From: Candidatus Heimdallarchaeota archaeon
Lineage (GTDB): Archaea > Asgardarchaeota > Heimdallarchaeia > Heimdallarchaeales > Heimdallarchaeaceae
NCBI GenBank assembly: GCA_030668875.1
Contig: DAOVER010000016.1
Coordinates: 1-32,000, forward strand
Direction of reading: 5' to 3'
Length of the DNA: 32,000 nt
Below are positions 10,155 to 17,757 of the stretch, piece after piece. The translations under genes were made by a program, and so were the position numbers. The notes beneath the pieces are model-generated. The model searched no databases, had not been told where the DNA came from, and saw only the letters and a list, made by a program, of their open reading frames with translations. Numbering within the stretch: position 1 is the first letter of the stretch; the number at the start of each line of letters is the position of its first letter.

Positions 10155-10368
10155 TTTGATTTGAACCTAAGATATCAGTTCAACCAATATATTTCTGTTA
10201 AATTATAAGTTGCTTAAAAATCCTTTAGGTAGTTAGGATAAAAAAGCAATTCTGCAAGTCTATTACTCTTTATTAATTCGAATATTATATATAGAAAAAT
10301 TTATAATGCGTTATTATTCATAACTCTTGTTTCTTCTGTAGAGACGCTTTTAGTTTAATTAAACACAG

Positions 10369-10866
10369 GTGAAAGAAATTAGTTACGGTAATGAAAGAGG
10401 ACAAAGCAGAGGAAGAGGGCAAGGCGGAGGAAGGGGACAAGGTGGACGGGGGCAAGGTGGTGGAGGCGGTCCAGGGGGTGGACGGGGGCAAGGTGGTGGA
10501 ATTGGGATGGGAGCTAGAGGTTGGTGTAGATGTCCTGTTTGTGGGAATAGAGTTGCTCATTTACGTGGAGTTACTTGTTTTCAGATGAAGTGCACTTCCT
10601 GTGGATCTGGTATGATGAGGGAAGTGGGAAACCAAGGTTTTGATCAACAGATCCCACCAATAGATTCATATACTAATCAGCAGAAATTTCCAGAAATCGG
10701 AAAACCAGTTGTTAATGAAGCAAAGTGTATTGGGTGTTCCACTTGCATAACGAGTTGCCCATTTCATGCAATATCTATGGAAAATGGTAAAGCTCATATT
10801 AAAGAAAATATGTGTAGAGGGTGTCGTGAGTGTGTATCAGCTTGTCCTCAAGGAGCGATATTTTAA
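10369..10866 (+). CDS. Gly/Arg-rich N-terminus + Cys/His zinc-ribbon + 2x[4Fe-4S] ferredoxin fusion
   Basis: (G)RGQGG repeats; CRCPVCG..H..G..CFQMKCTSCG; then CIGCSTCITSCP and CRGCRECVSACP. Confidence 0.8.
   Translation: MKEISYGNERGQSRGRGQGGGRGQGGRGQGGGGGPGGGRGQGGGIGMGARGWCRCPVCGNRVAHLRGVTCFQMKCTSCGSGMMREVGNQGFDQQIPPIDSYTNQQKFPEIGKPVVNEAKCIGCSTCITSCPFHAISMENGKAHIKENMCRGCRECVSACPQGAIF
10441..10500 (+). repeat. Two identical 24-bp direct repeats within the Gly-rich coding segment
   Basis: GGTGGACGGGGGCAAGGTGGTGGA at 10441-10464 and 10477-10500. Confidence 0.9.
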
Positions 10867-10929
10867 TAAAACATAGATTACAAAAGCAACTTCGAAATTA
10901 TTCAGTAAAACTATTCAGTACTAATAAAA

Positions 10930-11790
10930 TCATATTCCTGATTTTGCTTGTAAAAACAATTCGGAGTTATTCCAATGACTATGATAATTATTGAAGAATT
11001 TTTTCAAAACTTGTTTACCAAACAATTTAACTTGAGATTCATAACATTCCAATGCTTCAATTTTGAGATTTTCATATCCTTTAATAGAGTTAGTCTTTAG
11101 CTCCCAATCAATATCAAGATATTTTGCAGGAAGTAGTTTCTCAATTGTTCCTCCGGAAATCATTGAATTCATAATTGATGTGATTATGAAGAGTTTAAAG
11201 CTAGACCTCTCTGGTTTTTTTGTTCCTATAGTTACTAATCTGTTACCTAAGTAATGTTTTCTTCGAATTTTTGTGCTAATCATTCCATAGAAATCTACAT
11301 AGAAAAGAAATTTATCGAAGATCGCATAATCAATCATGTACTTCAAGGATGCAAGAAACACTTCAACATGGTCATAATGATTGCCTATTGCTAGTGGAGC
11401 GTAAAATTTCACTTTTGGATATTTCTCAATAAGTTTATCTATTTCAGCTTGAATCTTGGTGATGTTCGAGAACTGTTCCAAGCCCTTAGAGAGATTAATC
11501 TTGAAAATGTCGGTAGGTTTCCTAAGTAAAGGATCTCTATAGGCTCTTTCTTCTATATCCAACCATTTGTAATCAACACTTAATCGATTGAGAGCTTTTT
11601 GGTCTTCCTTCTTTCTTTGATCATAAATAGCAAATTTGTGAAGCTTTTTAGGAATCTTCTTGATATCAGGATTTTTTGTGAAGACTGATACAACTAGAAC
11701 ATCTTCTCTCTGATATACGTGTTTAGCAATTGTTCCTCCGCAGCTGACTACAGCATCATCTAAGTGGGGAGAGAGAAAAATGTGTTGCAT
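10930..11790 (-). CDS. PIG-L/LmbE family deacetylase
   Basis: FLSPHLDDAVVSCGG, RKKEDQKAL, GNHYDH (HxDD and HxDH metal motifs), and CYESQ. Confidence 0.88.
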   Translation of the reverse strand: MQHIFLSPHLDDAVVSCGGTIAKHVYQREDVLVVSVFTKNPDIKKIPKKLHKFAIYDQRKKEDQKALNRLSVDYKWLDIEERAYRDPLLRKPTDIFKINLSKGLEQFSNITKIQAEIDKLIEKYPKVKFYAPLAIGNHYDHVEVFLASLKYMIDYAIFDKFLFYVDFYGMISTKIRRKHYLGNRLVTIGTKKPERSSFKLFIITSIMNSMISGGTIEKLLPAKYLDIDWELKTNSIKGYENLKIEALECYESQVKLFGKQVLKKFFNNYHSHWNNSELFLQAKSGI

Positions 11791-12004
11791 AAAAATAATA
11801 AATCATCAAAATTAATAAAGCTTATTCTCCTTGGTTTTCATTATCCTTGCTTTTGTGTTTTCTATATTAGTTGGTGTTTATGTTTATAACAAACCATCTA
11901 TAACAATTATGTTTTATTTATAAGTATCTGTGAACGTTTTTAATTATAATCTATTCGTTAAACTCACCCCAAACATTATATTAGGGTCACCGAATTTCGA
12001 CTAA

Positions 12005-12012
12005 TTTAAATA
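12005..12012 (+). promoter_or_regulatory. Candidate TATA box of the NuoBCDI-like operon
   Basis: TTTAAATA lies about 50 nt upstream of the probable ATG at 12064. Confidence 0.4.
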
Positions 12013-12054
12013 AAAGCGATATTGCGTTATAATAGTTGACTTACAAATTTTATT

Positions 12055-12495
12055 GTGATTGCTATGATTACAAAGAAAAAAGTGATGAAAAAATTCGTTA
12101 AAGCTATTTGGGTATTTAATTGGTTCAATTCATGTGGCTTTTCGGAATTGATCCCAGTTGTAGGTTCTAGATGGGATATGGAACGTTTTGGTTTAGTTGC
12201 GGTGAATTCTCCGAGGAAAGCAGATGCTTTGTTTATAGCAGGATATCAAACACCTAAATCAATGAAAAGAGCTCAACAGATATATGAACAAATGCCAAGT
12301 CCGAAATTTGTTTTCGCAATGGGCTCTTGCACTATGACAGGAGGAATGTATTGGGATTCTTATAACACTGTGAAACGAATAGAAGATTATGTTCCCGTTT
12401 TTATGTATATACCAGGTTGTCCCCCAAGACCTGAAGCTATTTTTGATGCAGTACATAAAGTTGTGGTGCATGTTGATGAGTTGCCAGATGAGTGA
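12055..12495 (+). CDS. nuoB: NuoB/MbsJ(MbxJ)-like Fe-S small subunit
   Basis: RWDMERFG, SPRKADAL, MGSC..TGG.YWDSYN, PGCPPRPEA. Only three Cys (27, 92, 122). Probable start is ATG 12064. Confidence 0.88.
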   Translation: MIAMITKKKVMKKFVKAIWVFNWFNSCGFSELIPVVGSRWDMERFGLVAVNSPRKADALFIAGYQTPKSMKRAQQIYEQMPSPKFVFAMGSCTMTGGMYWDSYNTVKRIEDYVPVFMYIPGCPPRPEAIFDAVHKVVVHVDELPDE

Positions 12496-13040
12496 TAAAG
12501 ATGAGTGAAAAAAGTAAACATGATAAGAATCAAACAATTGAAGAAAAGCTAATCGAAGATTTAAAATCGAAATTAGGCACTACGGTTAATTATCAAAAGG
12601 AGAGAAGGTTATGGATGACAATTGATCCTGATCTAATAGTCGAAACATGTACTAAAGCATATGAATTGGGTTTTGAACATCTTTCAACCATCTCTGTTAC
12701 AGATTGGCTAAAAGAGGGAAAGCATGAGGTGACATATCATCTGTGGTCTTATACTCATAATCATTTACTAACAATAAAAACAAAAATTGACAGAAAAAGC
12801 CCTAAAATTTCCTCAATAAACTCAATTTGGGGTGGTAATGCAGAAACATGCGAACGTGAGTGTCATGAGCTATTTGGAGTAAAATTCGAAGGTAATCCTA
12901 ATTTAACGCCACTATTTCTTGAAGATTGGGATGGTCCTCCACCATTTTTGAAGGATTTCAATTGGCGAGAATTTGTTAAGAAGGAAATGTATGACCAGAA
13001 TAATCCAAGAGAAAAAGTGTACTTTGAGGTGAAAAAATGA
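12492..13040 (+). CDS. nuoC: NuoC/MbsK(MbxK)-like 30-kDa subunit
   Basis: HLSTISVTDW, YHLWS, ERECHELFGVKFEGNP, PPFLKDF. Probable start is ATG 12501. Confidence 0.88.
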   Translation: MIKMSEKSKHDKNQTIEEKLIEDLKSKLGTTVNYQKERRLWMTIDPDLIVETCTKAYELGFEHLSTISVTDWLKEGKHEVTYHLWSYTHNHLLTIKTKIDRKSPKISSINSIWGGNAETCERECHELFGVKFEGNPNLTPLFLEDWDGPPPFLKDFNWREFVKKEMYDQNNPREKVYFEVKK

Positions 13041-14155
13041 CTAAGACAAATGAAAATGAAGTTAATAGTGACTTCACTATGAACTTTGGTCCTGCTCATC
13101 CAGGATCAGGAAATTTTGCAATAAAAGTAGAGATGCGTGGAGAACGAGTACTTAAAGCAACTGCAGATCCAGGCTATTTGCACCGCGGGTTTGAAAAATT
13201 GATGGAATACAGGGAACCGATGCAAAACTCTGTTATGTCAGATAGAGTGTGTGTTCTGGAACCTTTGCAATGGAACTTGGTTCATGCTGAAGCAGTTGAT
13301 TATCTTATGGGTTATGAAATACCTGAGAGAGCAAAGTATATCCGAGTGATACTTGCTGAACTTTCTAGAATTCAGTCACATTTCATCTGGTATGCTGTAC
13401 TTTCTTTAGGAACAGGTTTTATGACTGGTTTTAATATCTCTATAGGGTACCGAGATTATATTCTAGATGTTCTAAACCTTATTACTGGTGGAAGAGTATA
13501 TCCGGCAGGTTACATATGTCCTGGAGGGGTTAGAAAAGATTTTCCTGAGAATGCTGAAAATAAGATTCTTGAACTTCTTCCAAAAATTGATTATATGAGA
13601 AAGTTTGCATTAAAAGAGAATCCAGCTTGGCTAGCACGTTTCAAAGATGTTGGAGTATTAACAAAAGAAGAAGCTATTAAGTTTGGAGCAACTGGACCAG
13701 TACTACGTGGAAGTGGTGTTGCTGCAGATGTTAGAAGAGATGATCCATACGAGATTTATGATGAACTAGAATTCAATATTCCAGTTCTGGATAAAGGAGA
13801 TGCTTATTCCCGCTTCAAAGTTGGTATGCTGGAAATAGAAGAGAGTATGAAGATAATCACTCAAGCTATTGATAGATTACCTAAAGGAGAAGTTAGAACA
13901 CCTAACCTCAAACCTATAGTGAAATTTCAAAAAGCTGAAGGAGAGATCTATATCCGTAATGAACTTTCTCGAGGAGAAGGTGCTTTTTACATGGTTGCTA
14001 CTGGTCAGAAAACACCTTATAGAGTGAAAATTCGTGGACCTTCTTTTACCCATATGATTCCGATAGTTGAACATCTATTAACAGATGTAGATTATGCTGA
14101 TGTTCCAGCAATTTATTGGAGCTTGTATCAGTGTCCAGCGGATGTAGACAGGTGA
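13037..14155 (+). CDS. nuoD: NuoD/MbsL(MbxL)-like 49-kDa catalytic subunit, not a [NiFe] large subunit
   Basis: NFGPAHP, GYLHRGFEK, DRVCVLEP, ELSRIQSH, GPVLRGSG, PYRVKIRGPSF, and C-terminal YQCPADVDR. Confidence 0.9.
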   Translation: MTKTNENEVNSDFTMNFGPAHPGSGNFAIKVEMRGERVLKATADPGYLHRGFEKLMEYREPMQNSVMSDRVCVLEPLQWNLVHAEAVDYLMGYEIPERAKYIRVILAELSRIQSHFIWYAVLSLGTGFMTGFNISIGYRDYILDVLNLITGGRVYPAGYICPGGVRKDFPENAENKILELLPKIDYMRKFALKENPAWLARFKDVGVLTKEEAIKFGATGPVLRGSGVAADVRRDDPYEIYDELEFNIPVLDKGDAYSRFKVGMLEIEESMKIITQAIDRLPKGEVRTPNLKPIVKFQKAEGEIYIRNELSRGEGAFYMVATGQKTPYRVKIRGPSFTHMIPIVEHLLTDVDYADVPAIYWSLYQCPADVDR

Positions 14156-14156
14156 G

Positions 14157-14540
14157 ATGATAAAAATGAAGTTAGGTATAATTAAAGAAGTGTTCAAGAA
14201 TGTCTTCACTAAACCAATGACAGTACTTTTTCCTTTTGAAAAAATTGAGATTCCAGAGAGGAATAGAGGAGAACATAGTTTTAACATTGATACATGTATT
14301 TCATGTGGAGCTTGCGCTAGAATCTGCCCGAATCTAGCAATAGAAATGATAGAAGCACCTCAGGAATTAAAGAAGGAGTACCCAAAAACCTATCCACAGA
14401 TAGATCTTGGTAAATGTTGTTTTTGTGCATTATGTGAAGATACATGTCCAAAAGGGTCGATTAAGTTAACAACTAATGTTTTCTTGGCCACCTTTGATAA
14501 AGATGACACAGTGAGAAGTCCTATGTCATGGAATAAGTGA
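14157..14540 (+). CDS. nuoI: NuoI/MbsN(MbxN)-like 2x[4Fe-4S] subunit
   Basis: KPMTVLFPFEK, RGEH, CISCGACARICP, CCFCALCEDTCP. Confidence 0.9.
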   Translation: MIKMKLGIIKEVFKNVFTKPMTVLFPFEKIEIPERNRGEHSFNIDTCISCGACARICPNLAIEMIEAPQELKKEYPKTYPQIDLGKCCFCALCEDTCPKGSIKLTTNVFLATFDKDDTVRSPMSWNK

Positions 14541-14545
14541 AGATG

Positions 14546-14574
14546 TCCTCCTTCCTTATTCCTCCTCTTTTTTT
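14546..14574 (+). terminator. Pyrimidine-rich / oligo-T archaeal-type terminator candidate
   Basis: TCCTCCTTCCTTATTCCTCCTC followed by a T7 run (14568-14574), just after the NuoI-like stop. Confidence 0.45.
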
Positions 14575-14653
14575 AATGATAAATTGATTAAGGTGAGTGC
14601 TTGTTCTACTAAGGTGACAAGAAGACAAATGAACATCATAAAGCGTAAAACAT

Positions 14654-15446
14654 CTAAATCTGCTTAAGGACTTTCCATGCTTCAGTTTCTATTTCATATG
14701 CTTCTTTGATTCTGGTTTTAAGTTTTTCAAAGAATGGATCATAATTCTTCACTTCTTTTTTAGCATCTTCAAGAGCTTGTAACATCTCGTTATCAAGCTT
14801 ACTTAGATCTTTTTGGTAGGTTTCTCCAGATTCTTCTTGTATTTTATTGTTCTCTATCATAATTTCACGAAGTTTCTTTAGAGAGGATAATTCATCTGGA
14901 AGAAGAGTTATTGCTACTTCATCCCATTTTTCTTCAGCTTTTGCAAGCTCCAGAGGTCTTTCATAAAGAGCTGTTATGCGATAATTAGAATTTGATTCTC
15001 TTGCAGATTGGAGCATCTTCTTTAGTCTTTCTTTTCTCATTTCTATTGATTCAATATATTTGTCTAAACACTGTATTACATCAGCGAACTCAAGAATATC
15101 TATGTAAGCAATTCCAAGCTCAAAAGGGGATATTGGCTTCGTATTTATTGAAAGAACATCTTTCAACTTCTTGCTTAATTCTGTTCTTCCTGTTGAAGTT
15201 ATTGTGTAGATGCGTCTAGAAGGTTTGCCTGTTGAATGTTTAATAGTGCTTTCTACAAGATTCTTTTGTTCAAGTTTATTCAAAATATAGTAAATTATTC
15301 AAAATATAGTAAATGGAAGAAAAACCCATCTTTGTCCAATATCTCATATTTCGATCTTCTATGATTTTCTCATTTTCATGCACATATAATGAAACTGCTT
15401 TTAGTAATCCAAGTATTGCAACTTCTTTCTCTCCAATCAAAAACAT
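14654..15446 (-). pseudogene. PadR family regulator frameshifted by a 19-bp duplication, with an unrelated-looking C-terminal extension
   Basis: ATG 15446 gives MFLIGEKEVAILGLLK...RNMRYWTKMGFSSIYYILN, then a premature TAA at 15276-15278. Removing one 19-bp copy gives 774 nt and a continuous SIYYILNKLEQKNLVES...RRIYTITSTGR. Confidence 0.85.
15276..15313. repeat. Perfect 19-bp tandem duplication
   Basis: TTATTCAAAATATAGTAAA at 15276-15294 and 15295-15313. Confidence 0.95.
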
Positions 15447-15480
15447 ATTCTAATCACATAATATTCTAATATTAGAATAT
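15445..15480. promoter_or_regulatory. Perfect 20-bp palindrome plus a third half-site, candidate PadR autoregulatory operator
   Basis: ATATTCTAATATTAGAATAT (15461-15480) is its own reverse complement. The half-site ATATTCTAAT recurs at 15445-15454, over the start codon. Confidence 0.65.
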
Positions 15481-15587
15481 ATACGCATTTTCGTTTGATT
15501 GTCATTAACAAATTCTTCAATTAAACACGATAAATAAAAATCGCAAGTTGCGAATAATTTTTTGAAATCACTAACTCTATGCAGTTT

Positions 15588-16898
15588 CTAAATATCATTA
15601 AAATATTCAAGAGTCTTATCTCTAGACTTTGCTATTATTTCTTCTGGAAAGTGTTCAAAGGTGAAATCAAATATCTTCAAATCCCCTGAATCCAAAGTTA
15701 TTGTTTGATCTCTTTCACTGGGAAATCTTAACTGTAATATTGTTGCATTTTTAAGCAAAGTATAAAGCGTACTTTCAGTAAAATCAACAAAGGAAAGAAT
15801 CTCATTAGGTTTAGTCTTACTAGCAGGAACAAGCGTAAAACCTAGTACGTACCTATTCAATTCATCCAAATTAAGTTGATCAAATGCATGAATTGGGAAG
15901 TTATCCACAACACCACCATCTACCATAAAACTAGCTGATTGAAGATTACCTGTAAATGATTTTATTTTTTTATCTGTTTCTTCAAATAGAACAGGTTTGA
16001 ATACGTAAGGTACGCTAATTGACATTCTAACAGCATCAGCAACGCAAAGATCTTGCCATTTTCCTCTATTTCTGAAATAATAAGCTTCTTTTGTATTTAG
16101 ACAAACAGCAGTAATGACTAAATCAATGTTAAATTCCTTAGCAAACTGCTTAAATGTGCAATTTCTTATTCCCGACTTGTTTTCTATAAGATCATCAAAG
16201 ATTTGTCTTGCCTTTGCACCTAGATAGAAACCATATTGATACTTTAAACTATTTAGGGAATGTAGAGGGTCTTTTAATATTGTCGAAGCAGCTGTTGATG
16301 GTGTTTCTGATTTAAGAATTCCTTGAATTGGAAGCAAATCACCCTCATTTAGATGAGGTTTTGAATTATACTTTTTGACTTCAAAATTCAAATAACCCTT
16401 TAAAAGCAAAGCAAAAAACTGATAACTGATGTTTTTCAACGATTTACGAGGAATGTCCAAGAAACCTTTTAAAGATTTTTCATCTGATTGTAAATAATCT
16501 ATCCAAGAATTTCTCATGTAGCTTTCTATATCATCAAATCTGGGATCTTTTGCAATACAAGTAGGATTCTTTTTTGTATAGATTGTTGGAAAATAACCAA
16601 ATTCTACTGTATCAAGAATATTCTTTCCAAAGTTAGAAATAATAATTTTCTGAATTTCAGTGGAAGTATATCCACAAGCAACAAGCAAAGCTGAAAGTGA
16701 ACCAACAGATGTCCCAGCTATACCTTTAATTTTGTTTGAATCCAATCGTATGGAGGTTTGGTCACCTTTTTTTTCAGTTATATGAGTAATTATATCTAAC
16801 TCTTCCAAAGCTTGAAGTGCCCCAAGATAGGTCACTCCTTTACCACCACCACCCTCAAACGCTAAATATTGAACTTCTTCTTTTGATACCTTTGTCAT
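15588..16898 (-). CDS. Patatin-like phospholipase, paralogue 2
   Basis: FEGGGGKG, GTSVG, RMSISVP, VDGG. Collinear with the 322-1617 protein. Confidence 0.9.
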   Translation of the reverse strand: MTKVSKEEVQYLAFEGGGGKGVTYLGALQALEELDIITHITEKKGDQTSIRLDSNKIKGIAGTSVGSLSALLVACGYTSTEIQKIIISNFGKNILDTVEFGYFPTIYTKKNPTCIAKDPRFDDIESYMRNSWIDYLQSDEKSLKGFLDIPRKSLKNISYQFFALLLKGYLNFEVKKYNSKPHLNEGDLLPIQGILKSETPSTAASTILKDPLHSLNSLKYQYGFYLGAKARQIFDDLIENKSGIRNCTFKQFAKEFNIDLVITAVCLNTKEAYYFRNRGKWQDLCVADAVRMSISVPYVFKPVLFEETDKKIKSFTGNLQSASFMVDGGVVDNFPIHAFDQLNLDELNRYVLGFTLVPASKTKPNEILSFVDFTESTLYTLLKNATILQLRFPSERDQTITLDSGDLKIFDFTFEHFPEEIIAKSRDKTLEYFNDI

Positions 16899-16931
16899 TT
16901 AATCACCATAATTTTTATTATTGTTTGTAAT

Positions 16932-17507
16932 TTAAATTGAATCTATAACTGATTTGATGTATTTACTTCGGCTTTCATGGTCTTGGATAGAGAATCCAAA
17001 CAGTTTTACAAAATCCCTAATGAAAAGCAAAGGATAAAAAAGATCTGCATTTAATTTGACCAATTTAAATTGAATAATTTCTCCTTCATTTATATTTGTG
17101 ATTTCTTTAATAGTTCGAACTAAGTACTTATTGGTTTCATGCAAAGATAATTCGAGATTACTGTCAAAATCTATAGATAAAAATAATTTGTTGCTCATAA
17201 TCGAAATTACTCCAGGATTATTCACCATGTATTCAACTAAAGAATAAGCCCACTTGAGAAGACGTTTTTTTGGGGTAATTTGAGTATCTTTTAGTATATT
17301 TTCAAATTCAGCATACTTTTTACTGAATTTCTTCTCTATTTCTTGAATCAATTTCCTTTTTGTTCCAAAATAGTAGTTAACAGATGCGATATTAACATCC
17401 GCATTTAAAACAATCTCCCTTATTGTGAAATCTAGATTTCCCTTTTCAGCAATAAGTTTAAGTGTTGTATTGATGATTTTATCCTTTTTTGAAATTTTTT
17501 CCTTCAA
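16932..17507 (-). CDS. TetR/AcrR family transcriptional regulator
   Basis: N-terminal HTH: KIINTTLKLIAEKG..FTIREIVLNADVNIASVNYYFGTK..L. Confidence 0.92.
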   Translation of the reverse strand: MKEKISKKDKIINTTLKLIAEKGNLDFTIREIVLNADVNIASVNYYFGTKRKLIQEIEKKFSKKYAEFENILKDTQITPKKRLLKWAYSLVEYMVNNPGVISIMSNKLFLSIDFDSNLELSLHETNKYLVRTIKEITNINEGEIIQFKLVKLNADLFYPLLFIRDFVKLFGFSIQDHESRSKYIKSVIDSI

Positions 17508-17719
17508 GGTTAATTCTCCATTAAATTAAATATCTAGAACTTAATCAAGTTTATGTCTGAACCAATCACTTCTTGAGCTTGTTCAAATATACTGTTAACC
17601 TCTAATATTATATGTTTTCTCTACAGTCTTGATTTTTTTTTACCAATTATTATTGCAATGAAAACAATTATGATATGACACATAACTCAATAAAAACAGA
17701 TATTTAAGACTTATTTTTG

Positions 17720-17757
17720 AAACAACATATTTAAATAGTTGTTTGAAACATGTGTTT
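17720..17757 (+). promoter_or_regulatory. TATA box embedded in an inverted repeat, plus a downstream AAACA-N2-TGTTT operator candidate
   Basis: AAACAAC-a-TATTTAAATA-GTTGTTT at 17720-17744 and AAACA-TG-TGTTT at 17746-17757, in the divergent TetR / radical SAM intergenic region. Confidence 0.55.

Noticed and set aside
10318-10588. Ser/Thr/Pro-rich (10318-10560, -) and Glu/Gly/Val-rich (10391-10588, +) ORFs
   Set aside because: They are alternative readings of the G-rich RGQGG repeat, and only the 10369 frame continues into Cys motifs.
13037-14155. Calling the large subunit a group 4 [NiFe] hydrogenase
   Set aside because: Both CxxC motifs are incomplete (CVLE, CPAD), and no maturation genes or protease-cleaved tail are seen.
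14588-14652. Two TAAGGTGA RBS-like motifs downstream of the NuoI-like gene
   Set aside because: The TTG at the right spacing closes after three codons and no credible ORF follows. It may be a relic but cannot be supported.
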